From an uncultured Nitrososphaerota archaeon (GTDB lineage: Archaea > Thermoproteota > Nitrososphaeria > Nitrososphaerales > Gagatemarchaeaceae), in NCBI GenBank assembly GCA_963718895.1, contig CAVRAG010000007.1, positions 704,001 to 768,000 on the forward strand: DNA of 64,000 nt, read 5' to 3'. Of the stretch, positions 31,595 to 40,813 are shown one piece after another. Both the position numbers and the translations under genes were made by a program. Position 1 is the stretch's first letter; each line of letters begins with the position of its first letter. The notes beneath the pieces are model-generated. The model was not told the DNA's origin, ran no database searches, and saw only the letters and a list, made by a program, of their open reading frames with translations.

Positions 31595-32770
31595 CTATCT
31601 CCGTCGAGGTAGGCTCCGCACGAGCAAATCGACCTCTGCGTCCGTGTTGTAGAAGTCTGGCGATGCCCTGATCCCTCTTCCTCCCGTTTGAAGCGCACCG
31701 GAGACGATTATCTTCTTGCTCTTCAGCGAAGCGATTGCTTCGACCGGATCTTGTATGGCGAAGGACACTATCGCGGCATGCTTGCTCTTTTCACGAGGCG
31801 TCAACAGCTTGAAGCCAACCTCCGTTAGTCTTCTCTGGAGGCGTTCGGAAAGCTCCATGTTTCGCTCCTCGATCTTCGAGAGGCCAACGTCGAGGAGGTA
31901 CTGGGTCGATGCGGCTAGGCCTATGATTCCCGGGAAATTGAGATGGCCCGTCGCGAACCGCCGGCCGTCCGTTGTGATCTCGTACTTCTCGGTGTAGGGT
32001 CCGACTATCTGGTTCATCGGATCCGCCACGCTGAACCATCCGACGAACGGAGGCGTGAACTGTGGAAAGAGCTTCGGATTCATGTAGAAGATGCCTCCGG
32101 CCGAAGGTGCGAACGTCCACTTCTGTCCCCCGAGGGTTACCACATCTGCTCCGTCAGCGTCGGCGTGCATCTGAACCGCGCCGACACACTGGCTCCCGTC
32201 CACCACGACCAAGGCCCCGTGTCGATGGGCGATCTCTGATATCTTCCGCAGGTCATATCGTATGCCGAAACGGTAGTCGACTGCGCTGACGCAGACCACC
32301 CTCGTTCTGTCGTCTATCAGCCGTTCAAACTCTGAGAGGGGAACATCGACGCCTTCGTCCGAGAACTTGGCCTGTGCGTACTTCACCTCGATCAATCCGC
32401 GTCTCTTCAGGAACGGATACACCACGGAAGGGAATTCGATGTTCGACATGACGACGCTGTCTCCCTTCTTCCATTCGATTCCGCTCGCGACGATGTTGAT
32501 CCCATCGGATGTGTTGTTGACGAACCAGACGCCCTCCTTCTTCCCCCCGAGGATAGTCCCGACATTCTTTCTTGCGTCCTCTACCTTCGAGAGCCACCCT
32601 TCGAATTTGAGGTGAGAATATAGCACCTTCTCCCGCATTACCTGACTCACGGCTCTTGCGACCTGGACCGGCGACGGTGACATGTTCGCGTGGTCCAAGA
32701 AGACAAAAGATTTCGTGATGGGAAAGTCCTTCCGGTACCTAGAAAGATTCAACAGCGTGAATAAGGTCAA
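31595..32770 (-). CDS. Class V PLP-dependent aminotransferase (kynureninase/isopenicillin epimerase-like)
   Basis: FLDHA, NTSDG, EFPS, VDGSQ..G, QKW (PLP lysine). Confidence 0.88.
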   Translation of the reverse strand: MTLFTLLNLSRYRKDFPITKSFVFLDHANMSPSPVQVARAVSQVMREKVLYSHLKFEGWLSKVEDARKNVGTILGGKKEGVWFVNNTSDGINIVASGIEWKKGDSVVMSNIEFPSVVYPFLKRRGLIEVKYAQAKFSDEGVDVPLSEFERLIDDRTRVVCVSAVDYRFGIRYDLRKISEIAHRHGALVVVDGSQCVGAVQMHADADGADVVTLGGQKWTFAPSAGGIFYMNPKLFPQFTPPFVGWFSVADPMNQIVGPYTEKYEITTDGRRFATGHLNFPGIIGLAASTQYLLDVGLSKIEERNMELSERLQRRLTEVGFKLLTPREKSKHAAIVSFAIQDPVEAIASLKSKKIIVSGALQTGGRGIRASPDFYNTDAEVDLLVRSLPRRR

Positions 32771-32952
32771 AGTGAATTTAAATGTTTGAACCTTTGACTG
32801 AACATCTCCCCAGCTGTCCTCCTCGCTTCATCACGGTCCGCCAGGCACCTGGTTGTCGCGCCCATCGGAGGAGATTAGCCAAGGGCGCCCGCGGTGAGGC
32901 CGCGTCCTGAATCGCGCAAATTTTTTATATCTTCAGCAGGCATTTCCCTCCG

Positions 32953-34143
32953 ATGTTTCTTAGCAGAGACCGCGGATACGCAGTCATGGACAAGTATGGC
33001 CTGGATGTACTCGTGGCAACGACGCCGGCCAACGTAACCTACATGAGCGACTTCCGGGCCCTGGGCCACGACCTCCTCGGTTCCTTCATCTTTGTCGTCT
33101 TTCCTCGCGAGGGCGACGCCTCGATAATCCTCACCAGAGGCGAGAGCGCCGACCTGATCTCGCTCAAGATGACCTGGATAAAGGACGTGAGGACCTACGG
33201 GACCTTCTATCTCACGATACCAGACAAGCCGCTCTCCGGGGCGTCCGCCCTGCTTGCGGAGGCCCTGCGGGGAGAGGTGATCACCGACTCGTTCAAGCTG
33301 TTGCGTGACGTCCTTGACGAAAAGGGGTTGGGCGGTGGCAAGAAGATAGGGCTGGACGAGAAGTATTTCGGTGCGGCCGACTACGCACGTCTGCTGAAGA
33401 GCCTGGAGGGTCTGGACGTCGTCCCGGCGTTTGACGTCTTCAGAGAGATAAGGATGGTAAAGACTCCGGATCAGATCGCCGCCCTGGCCGAAGCGAATCG
33501 TATCACCGAGGAGGGCATCAGGGCGGTGCTCGAGAGCGTCAGAGTCGGGACGACGGGGCGGGAAATCTGGAAGACCTACATCGACACGATCACTGGGCTG
33601 GGAGCCACGTGCGTATCACCGAGCATTGCTCTAGGGGTGGACAGCTACCTCCAGAACATGTTCGTTCCCTCGCCGAGGAGGCTGGAGAGAGGCGACCTGA
33701 TCAGGTTCGATGTGGGAGTCCTTTACAGGTTCCATTTCACCGACCTTGGGAGGAACGCGGTCGTTGGCGAGCCATCATCCCTCCAGAAGAAGTACTACAA
33801 CGTGGTCTACTCCGGGGAAGAGGCAGCCCTTCAATCCCTCAGACCAGGCATCAAGGCTTCCGAGGTCTTCAGACAGGGCGTCGAGGGAGCAAGGAACGCC
33901 GGCATGCCGTCCTTCAAGCGACATCACTGCGGCCACGGAATAGGATTGGAGCTGTACGAATCACCTCTGATCGCCCCCAGCAACGAAACACCCCTGGAGG
34001 AGGGTGCGGTGATCAACATCGAGACTCCCTATTACGAGATTGACGCTGGGGGGTTCATGGTCGAAGATACGGTTGTGGTCCGCAGGTCCGGGCCAGAGTT
34101 CCTGTCGAAGTCTGACAGGGGTCTCTACGTGATCCCTGCCTGA
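32953..34143 (+). CDS. M24 family metallopeptidase (Xaa-Pro-like)
   Basis: RMVKT, DVG..Y..D..R, HH.GHGIGL..E.P, VED. Confidence 0.9.
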   Translation: MFLSRDRGYAVMDKYGLDVLVATTPANVTYMSDFRALGHDLLGSFIFVVFPREGDASIILTRGESADLISLKMTWIKDVRTYGTFYLTIPDKPLSGASALLAEALRGEVITDSFKLLRDVLDEKGLGGGKKIGLDEKYFGAADYARLLKSLEGLDVVPAFDVFREIRMVKTPDQIAALAEANRITEEGIRAVLESVRVGTTGREIWKTYIDTITGLGATCVSPSIALGVDSYLQNMFVPSPRRLERGDLIRFDVGVLYRFHFTDLGRNAVVGEPSSLQKKYYNVVYSGEEAALQSLRPGIKASEVFRQGVEGARNAGMPSFKRHHCGHGIGLELYESPLIAPSNETPLEEGAVINIETPYYEIDAGGFMVEDTVVVRRSGPEFLSKSDRGLYVIPA

Positions 34144-35111
34144 CCCATCTTGCGCAGGAGGTCTACGAGCAGGTCCTTCTCGAACGAGATAGGAACCAGC
34201 ACCAGGTTCGTGAGACCGAGTCTGCGGTATCGCTGGATTCCTGCTATGCATTCATCGGCGTCACCGGAGACTGACAGGGCATCTACGACATCGTCCGAAC
34301 AAGCCGCAAGCGACCTCTTCCTGTCTCCTGACGCGATGGCGTCCTCGAGCTCGCGGACCACCGACTCCTCTGAGAACACTTTCCTTGGCCGTCCCGGTCT
34401 CCGGAGCGTGAGGAGCAGCCAGGGTCGCAGATCGTCCCTGGCCTTCTTCTTGTCCTTGGTAAGAGAGCACAGGAGAAGGCACGTCGTGCTGAACTGCTTC
34501 TTCCCGACCTCGCTCAGCCCAACCCTCACGCGTTGCATTGCCCGCTTGACGTAGAAGGGGGAGCTCCCGGACGAGAGGATGACGCCGTCAGCAACCTTCG
34601 CCGAAGTCTTCATCATGAGTTCCCCGACGGCAGCAAGATGAATCTGGACTCGCCCACTCGCGGGGTCGAAGCCGAGATTCACGTTGTTTATGGAGAACCG
34701 TTTCCCCTCATAAGTCGTCGACGTCCTGTCCAAAAGACCTCTTATGATCCGATGGGCTTCGAGCAGCGACGTCTTCGGATCGCCGAATGGGATTCGCATC
34801 TGTTCCTCGACCCACAGTGGAATCGCGCTTCCCAGACCAAGGATGAAGCGGCCCCCGGACATCTCGTCGAGGGTCGCGCAGGTCATAGCGAGAAGGGCCG
34901 GGTGGCGCGTGTACGGGTTGATTATCGAGGTGCCAACCGTGATCCTCTTCGTGTTCGCGAGAATTGCAGAGCACGTCACTATCGCGTCTCTCGAGTAGTA
35001 ATGCTCGGCTACCCAAATGGAGTTGACTCCAAACTTGTCGGCGAGCACGGCATAATCCACTTTCTCCTTGACCGAGAGATTCTCAGAGAGATACCCGAGC
35101 CCTAGTTGCAT
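34125..35111 (-). CDS. LLM-class oxidoreductase (Mer-like)
   Basis: WVAEH, NPYTRHPALLAM..ATLDEMSGGRFILGLG. Confidence 0.88.
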   Translation of the reverse strand: MQLGLGYLSENLSVKEKVDYAVLADKFGVNSIWVAEHYYSRDAIVTCSAILANTKRITVGTSIINPYTRHPALLAMTCATLDEMSGGRFILGLGSAIPLWVEEQMRIPFGDPKTSLLEAHRIIRGLLDRTSTTYEGKRFSINNVNLGFDPASGRVQIHLAAVGELMMKTSAKVADGVILSSGSSPFYVKRAMQRVRVGLSEVGKKQFSTTCLLLCSLTKDKKKARDDLRPWLLLTLRRPGRPRKVFSEESVVRELEDAIASGDRKRSLAACSDDVVDALSVSGDADECIAGIQRYRRLGLTNLVLVPISFEKDLLVDLLRKMGQAGIT

Positions 35112-35163
35112 GCCCTTCTACCCGGGTAGCTACGTGGATTGATATAAGCAGAGCCGGAGCCTC

Positions 35164-35446
35164 CTAGTTGCCCCCGTCCGGTCGAGGACGAGGACCGAGA
35201 TGCCCCCGATCGCGGTGAGCTCCTTGGCGATGACCATGCCCGTCACGGTCTTCCCGCTGCCGGTCCTCCCGAAGATGCACATGTGGTGGTTCAGGCTGTC
35301 CGCGGGATGGTGACGAGCCGGTCTTCTCGATGGTCGCGCTGGAGCTTGTAGACGGATGCGTCTCCCAGCGCGTCAACCCTGCGACCGAGGCGGATCTCTC
35401 TTCGCGGGGTTTGAGCGTCCCTCGATGGCTGGTCCGCGGTGGTCAT
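35164..35446 (-). pseudogene. Truncated HerA/DUF87 ATPase (cassette copy 1)
   Basis: RREIRLG..., HMCIFGRTGSGKT..., VLVLDRTG then stop; close match to 55997-56269. Confidence 0.8.
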
Positions 35447-35458
35447 AGCTGGCTCGGC

Positions 35459-35762
35459 TCACAGAAGCGCCGGGAAGAAGCAGAAGACCAGCACCATGAC
35501 CCAGATGAACGCCGCGAACCCCACGTTCGGCCAGAACTCGGGCTTTGAGACCTTGTGGTCGAACATCGCCCCTCCCGCGATTATCCCCGTGAAGCCCCCT
35601 GCGTAGGAGATGCCGAAGAGGGCGCGCTCGCTGATCCTGTTCAGGCCCACCTCGGCAGATGCCTTGTCGACCCCCATCGCCCCCAGCCCGAGGGCGGACA
35701 GCGCCCCGAGGTAGCCGAATAGAGCGTGCGGCGGGAAGATCGCGGCAGGCTATCGCGGCCAT
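35459..35762 (-). CDS. DUF1294 (YsdA-like) membrane protein, copy 1 (frameshifted)
   Basis: DKASA..RISE..LF...GG..G...FDHKVSK..F. Confidence 0.8.
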
Positions 35763-35771
35763 ACGGTTCCC

Positions 35772-35972
35772 CTACTCGACCCTGCAGACCGGGATGTCTC
35801 CCTCGTGAATCTCCGCCTTGCACTCGGGACAGACGAGCTCCTTGAAGAAGCGGCCCACCCTCTTGGGGCAGCTGTCGCAGTACGGCTTGCGGCAGCCTGG
35901 GCACTGCCACGCGATCCTGCCGCTGAACCCGCCGACCTCCTTGTTGCAGCAGAAGCAGAACCCTCGCACCAA
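35772..35972 (-). CDS. Small multi-CxxC zinc-finger protein, copy 1
   Basis: CFCC, CPGC, CDSC, CPEC; paralogue of 39723 and 56608. Confidence 0.85.
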   Translation of the reverse strand: MVRGFCFCCNKEVGGFSGRIAWQCPGCRKPYCDSCPKRVGRFFKELVCPECKAEIHEGDIPVCRVE

Positions 35973-36013
35973 TTCAGTATCTCACCATCGCACCCGACAA
36001 AAGCGCCCAAGTG

Positions 36014-36352
36014 TCAAGGTGGCGAGATGGTAGGAAGGTAAGGGAACAAGGTATAGGACAGGATCATCAGGATGATGCCCCCAATGAGCATCCCCTCCCC
36101 CGTCCGCCTCCACACGTGCCCCCAGTACAGGATGGCCCCTAGGGGGATCAGCAGGATGCCTGCGTAGAAGGCGACCAGGGTCGCGGCCGCGTCGATGCCC
36201 GTCACCGCGACGTGGAACTCTGCGGCGAACTGTTGCGCAAAATTCCCGACGGTCGGGCCGATGTTGGGGAGCGACTGTAGGCTCGAAGCCGAAGAGGTGG
36301 TTGCCGATGAAACTATCGATGAGGTAGCCGACGCGGTATCGTTGAGGCTCAT
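36014..36352 (-). CDS. Small two-TM membrane protein, VirB2/CedA1 pilin-like pattern
   Basis: S/T-rich N-terminus, TM, basic loop WRRTG, second TM with GGIIL. Confidence 0.6.
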   Translation of the reverse strand: MSLNDTASATSSIVSSATTSSASSLQSLPNIGPTVGNFAQQFAAEFHVAVTGIDAAATLVAFYAGILLIPLGAILYWGHVWRRTGEGMLIGGIILMILSYTLFPYLPTISPP

Positions 36353-36519
36353 CGACCTAGGAGGTTGGCGGGATTAATAAGCGGCAACCACACCGATCTT
36401 GCTTCTCAGCCATAGGTCCGCTCGGACGAGCCGCAAGCGGTCCACGGCCAAGTCCCTGTCGTTAACTTTACACGCTTGACCCATTGACAATTTTCCACCC
36501 ATCAAGAAGGACATGGTGG

Positions 36520-37392
36520 CTATCGACGGAAGTCATCAAGGGAGCTGCCGGCACCCGGAACAACCTTCTGGCGGACCTCGGCGCGTGGCTCCATCCCGTA
36601 CCTTCGGATTAGGCTCGAGAGCCTCTCCTGAAGCTCCTCCCAGCCGGCGATGGCCGCCGCGAACTTGATCCCCGCCGAGTCTTCGAACATCTTCTTCGAC
36701 TCCTCGTAGCCGGCGAACCTCAGGAGACCGAACCGGACCGTGGAGACTCCTGCGCTCTTCAGATCCTCGAAGAGCCTCTCGAGGTCGACCATCACGATTC
36801 CAGGGATGACAGGCGCCAGGGAGACCCAGGTCGGTATCCCGGCTCCGGCGAGCCTCCTCAGGGTCTCTATCCTCCTCCGGAGAGGGGGGACGCCCGGCTC
36901 GAACTGCCTGACCGGAACGGTAGTTATGGACATCCCCACCTCGACGTCCTCGAACCTCTTGAGCAGCTCAAGGTCCCTGAGGACGAGCGGCGACCGGGTC
37001 AGAATGGAGATAGGGAAACGGTGCCTGAGGAGCGAACGGATGCACTGCTTGGTCAGACCGTACTTCGCCTCGACCGGCTGGTAAGGGTCCGACGCGCTCG
37101 AGAGGAAGACGGTCTCCCGCCTCAGTCCCCTGAGCTCCCTCTCAAGGACCTGCGGCGCGTTCACCTTCACGTCGACGTAGCTCCCCCACCCCCTCTCATC
37201 GTGGATGAGCGACGGGGCGTAGCAGTAGGTGCATCCGTGCGTGCACCCCCTGTAGAGGTTGGCGGTGTATTCAGTCGCCGACCCGTAGTTCATCTTGTGC
37301 AGCAGAGTACTGCACCTGACCTCCCTGACCGTGACCCTGGCCTTCGACCGGGTTGGAGGCGGCGTGGGCGTCTGGAGCGAGGTCGCGAGCAA
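36520..37392 (-). CDS. Radical SAM protein, spore-photoproduct-lyase-like
   Basis: YRGCTHGCTYCYA, SDPYQPVE, LTRSPLVLRD, APVIPG. Confidence 0.9.
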   Translation of the reverse strand: MLATSLQTPTPPPTRSKARVTVREVRCSTLLHKMNYGSATEYTANLYRGCTHGCTYCYAPSLIHDERGWGSYVDVKVNAPQVLERELRGLRRETVFLSSASDPYQPVEAKYGLTKQCIRSLLRHRFPISILTRSPLVLRDLELLKRFEDVEVGMSITTVPVRQFEPGVPPLRRRIETLRRLAGAGIPTWVSLAPVIPGIVMVDLERLFEDLKSAGVSTVRFGLLRFAGYEESKKMFEDSAGIKFAAAIAGWEELQERLSSLIRRYGMEPRAEVRQKVVPGAGSSLDDFRR

Positions 37393-37513
37393 AGGGAGAC
37401 CGCGGGAGCGTTCCGAGAATAAAAGGGGTCGAGTCGCCGAGGCTTGAACCGGGAGCAGGGGAGACTGAAAGTGTCATCCGAGGAGCGTGCCCTGACGGTG
37501 ATGTTAGTTAGGA

Positions 37514-39049
37514 TCACACGGCAGCCGAAGCGAGCAGGGCGCGGAAACTAGCTGGTCTAGACAGACCGGCGGGGAGCGGGTTTCCGGACTCGTCGCGCGG
37601 CCGGTCGGCCGTCGAATACGCAGGGCCGGCCCACGTGCCCTTCCCTATGTTATCGAGGGACTGGACCAAAAGGAACAGGGAGAGCCCCTTGCCAGTGGTG
37701 TCCGTGAAGGAAGGAGTCGGGCCCAGGATGCCTCCCCCAATCTGACCCAGAACCCTGCACAGTTCCCGCGCAGACCAATCCCCGGTCGCGGCGGTCCCAT
37801 CCCCAAGCCGCACCTCCGGGTATGAGGGCGCGTTCTTGGCTCCCTGGGGCACGCTCGTGATTATCTTGCGCAGGTTTTGCAGGGACGACCACACCTTGTC
37901 GTAGCCGTTGAAGATGTAGAGCGCCTTCCATCGCGCCATACGCCCCAGCGTCAACCTGGCCCGAAGCCACGGGTTCACCCAGTTGCCGAAGGTGAACTCC
38001 CTCAGGTACGGATATGGGTCGGAGGTCAGGACCAGGTCTATGCCCTCCGTGTCTATCATGTCGATCAGGTACGAGGGCGCGGCCATCCAGGAGAGCGAAA
38101 GGTCGGTCCACTCCGAGGGTTGAGGGCGATAGGCGCCGTACGGCGGGTATTCGTCGACGACGCCGTAGACGCCGTTCCACTGGGTCCCTGCCGTCGGCAG
38201 GGCGGGGCCGTCGGGGCTCACGGTGGCAAACTGCGGCATCGACGCCGGGCCGATCTGCGGGTCGTTGATGATGGGCTGCACCGCATCGCTGGCCGCGCCG
38301 AGTTTCCCTGCGTTCAGCCCGCGCTGGAAGATGTAGAACGTCAGGTACCCCAGGGAGTCGGCGGCGCTCGGCAGGTCGCTCTTCACGATTCCGTGGACGC
38401 TCTGGGTGTAGAGCGAATAGAGGAAGTTCGCATGCCCTATGAAGTCGTCGTTGTACTGCGACAGGAAGGTGCTGAACGTGGGCTGCTTGGGGTCGATGAA
38501 GTTGACCAGGCTCTGAAGCGTCAGGTACGATTGAATCGCGAGCGACAGGTATGGACGGAAGGTGCGCGGGTCCGCGACCGTGGGGATACCTGTGGGGGCT
38601 GCAATGCTTTGAGCCTGCGGAAGCTTCCCATACCACAACTGCGTGTATGGCGGGGCGGTCTGGGGGGCATTCGGAGGGATGTTCGTGAGGCCCTCGTCCC
38701 CGTATGGATAGAGGGTGGCATACCATATCTTGCTGTAGGGTGAGAATCTCAGCTCTTGGAGGTCCGGCCGCTGCCAGAAGGCGCCCCAACTATCGGGAGG
38801 GATGAGGTTGTCCGGTCCCGCGGCCGCCGAAGGGACCAGGTTGCCCACGAATCCATTCGCATTGTCGTGATACTTCGCCGCGTCCCTCGTGACGTAGTTT
38901 CCCCTGGTCCCCTGGGCGCCCAGGTCGTCGAAATCGGTTTGCAGGCCTCTCCGCCGCCCGGCTAAAGCGTCCTCCCGTCGCTCTGTACCGGCTCCACCAG
39001 GAAGCGCGGACAGAACGAGAGCGACTGGCCTCTGATGCGGCCCTGACAC
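37514..39049 (-). CDS. Hypothetical protein (possibly N-terminally truncated)
   Basis: 511-aa ORF rich in Trp/Pro/Tyr, no recognised family. Confidence 0.6.
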   Translation of the reverse strand: MSGPHQRPVALVLSALPGGAGTERREDALAGRRRGLQTDFDDLGAQGTRGNYVTRDAAKYHDNANGFVGNLVPSAAAGPDNLIPPDSWGAFWQRPDLQELRFSPYSKIWYATLYPYGDEGLTNIPPNAPQTAPPYTQLWYGKLPQAQSIAAPTGIPTVADPRTFRPYLSLAIQSYLTLQSLVNFIDPKQPTFSTFLSQYNDDFIGHANFLYSLYTQSVHGIVKSDLPSAADSLGYLTFYIFQRGLNAGKLGAASDAVQPIINDPQIGPASMPQFATVSPDGPALPTAGTQWNGVYGVVDEYPPYGAYRPQPSEWTDLSLSWMAAPSYLIDMIDTEGIDLVLTSDPYPYLREFTFGNWVNPWLRARLTLGRMARWKALYIFNGYDKVWSSLQNLRKIITSVPQGAKNAPSYPEVRLGDGTAATGDWSARELCRVLGQIGGGILGPTPSFTDTTGKGLSLFLLVQSLDNIGKGTWAGPAYSTADRPRDESGNPLPAGLSRPASFRALLASAAV

Positions 39050-39050
39050 C

Positions 39051-39227
39051 CTAACTTATCAGGACAATGTGCTTCCCGCGCTCGAGTCCCTCTGCTTTTT
39101 GCATGCACTCCTCCTCGGTGAAGCAGACCTCGATGTGTGGGGCGTGAATCTTCGCTATCTCTCGAATCTCTGCCTGTTCCAGCCCGCTGGTCACCAGGAA
39201 TCGGAGGTACGCCACGTCGTGCTTCAT
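39051..39227 (-). CDS. Small hypothetical protein or remnant
   Basis: MKHDVAYLRFL... after a purine-rich upstream sequence. Confidence 0.35.
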   Translation of the reverse strand: MKHDVAYLRFLVTSGLEQAEIREIAKIHAPHIEVCFTEEECMQKAEGLERGKHIVLIS

Positions 39228-39289
39228 GGCGTCCTCTTCGTTGCTCAAGAACTCAAAAATGGGGGCTCCTGAGGTAAAAAGCCTTCCTC

Positions 39290-39395
39290 GGCCTAACGTA
39301 TGCCATCGACAGTTGTCGAACCAGCGGCCCGCGCGTATCTCCCTCCGGACGGGGTTCTTCGGCGGCTCTTCGAATCGGTTGTCCAAGCGCGCCAC
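39290..39395 (-). pseudogene. HerA N-terminal stub (cassette copy 2)
   Basis: PVRREIRAGRWFD matches RREIRLG of the other HerA copies, at the same position after DUF1294. Confidence 0.55.
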
Positions 39396-39398
39396 TGC

Positions 39399-39709
39399 TC
39401 AGAACGAGACGACCCACGGGAAGAAGTAGAAGGCGAGGAACGCGCCCAGAGCGCCCAGGCTACCCCTACCGGGAACCAGAAGCCGGGCTTCGAGGTCTTG
39501 TGATTGAAGAAGAGCCCCCCGAGCGTTATGCCCGCGAACCCTCCGAGAAGGGCGATGAAGGCGAGGCTCTGTTCGCTCATCCTGTCCAACCCGATCTTGG
39601 CCGCAACCTTGTCGGCGAGCATGGCGCCACCACCGACAAAGGTCATGACGAGGAGCACGTCCTCGAGGACCTGCGGGGAGATCACGGAAGCCAGGTTGGC
39701 GGCAGGCAT
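39399..39709 (-). CDS. DUF1294 membrane protein, copy 2 (late frameshift)
   Basis: ADKVAA..DRMSE..LA.IAL.GG..G...FNHKTSK..FW. Confidence 0.85.
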
Positions 39710-39722
39710 AGGTGTTGACCCC

Positions 39723-39926
39723 CTAGGTGATCTTTGGCACCGGGATGCCGCCCTCGTGCATCTCTATCCGGCACTCGGGGCAGACGAGCTTCTTGAAGAA
39801 CCGGCCCACCTTCTTCTTGGGACAGGTGTCGCAGTAGAGCTTGCGGCAGGACGGGCACTGCCATGCGATCCTCCCGCGGAACCCGCCGACCGCCCTGTTG
39901 CACTGGATACAGTAGCCTCGGACCAA
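39723..39926 (-). CDS. Small multi-CxxC zinc-finger protein, copy 2
   Basis: CIQC, CPSC, CDTC, CPEC; GTTAAAT box about 25 nt upstream. Confidence 0.88.
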   Translation of the reverse strand: MVRGYCIQCNRAVGGFRGRIAWQCPSCRKLYCDTCPKKKVGRFFKKLVCPECRIEMHEGGIPVPKIT

Positions 39927-39978
39927 AGCACCATAGAATTCTGAAGGATGATTTAACCCCCAAGCAACCAGGCGATTG

Positions 39979-40194
39979 TCAGACAGCTTTCAGAAGCTTA
40001 GCCTTCACGTCCGGTTTTGTTTCCCTTGGAAGCAAGAGTTCCAGGTCCAGCAGTTCTCCCTTCGCGTCCTCGTCCAGGATCACGTTCTCCGCGAGCGGCT
40101 CGCTGGAGGACACCTTCCCTCTTCTCAGCCGCAGGTAGAGGGCACCCGCCTCTTCATCAAATTCCAGTGGAGCCATACCTTTTTGCGCCCTCAT
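39979..40194 (-). CDS. DUF2283 family antitoxin
   Basis: FDEEAGALYLRL...ILDED..G.L..LELL. Confidence 0.85.
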   Translation of the reverse strand: MRAQKGMAPLEFDEEAGALYLRLRRGKVSSSEPLAENVILDEDAKGELLDLELLLPRETKPDVKAKLLKAV

Positions 40195-40408
40195 TGTCAG
40201 CTTTCAGAGCCGTTATCACTATTAAGCCTTCATCACTCTCCTCGATGATCACGATGGTGAAGCTGCCATCCAAACGAGACGCGCACGAGGCCTTCCTTCC
40301 CTGCTTTGTGTATCTCGCTTCGAGAGGACGCACGATTGCTTCCCCGACTTCCATCTTGGTTACTCCGCGCTCCAACATCCTCTTCTCGGCGTGAGGGGTG
40401 TACCTCAT
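40157..40408 (-). CDS. DUF4258 family toxin (RelE-like)
   Basis: YTPHAEKRMLERGV...VITA; paired with DUF2283. Confidence 0.85.
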   Translation of the reverse strand: MRYTPHAEKRMLERGVTKMEVGEAIVRPLEARYTKQGRKASCASRLDGSFTIVIIEESDEGLIVITALKADNEGAKRYGSTGI

Positions 40409-40430
40409 CGGTCACAGCTCGAAACCTCAT

Positions 40431-40563
40431 TGGCCCCTAAAACCGTCATTGCAATGAGGAGACGCCCAAAGACGCGCAAATGACTCTCCCGCCCTAAACG
40501 AGAGACGATACACAGGAATTACCTGCGCCGCAAGACATGACCACGAGCGCAGGGGTCCTTCAC
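40431..40563 (+). ncRNA. Dispersed non-coding element, copy A (3' truncated)
   Basis: 39/41 nt match to copy D (40471-40511 vs 59077-59117), then CACAGGAATTACCTG...ACGAGCGCA shared with B/C; TGGCCCCTAAAA box. Confidence 0.55.
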
Positions 40564-40813
40564 TGAACCCACCCCGACACGCCTGTTGCGCTGGGAGCAA
40601 GCCTCTGACCAAACCAAGATGGAATCTTGAGGCGCAATTCAACCGCAAACCGGCGGAGCATCGTGGGACGATCTCTCCACCCTGGTTTGTCAGCGATGAC
40701 GAGAGGTCCCTTGAGCCGGGATACCCACTATCTTCTCTCCGAGTTTGGTCAGGACGAGCACGCCTAGCTCATCATTCGGCTCAGCGCGGTCCTCCGCCGA
40801 ATCGCGCTTTGGC

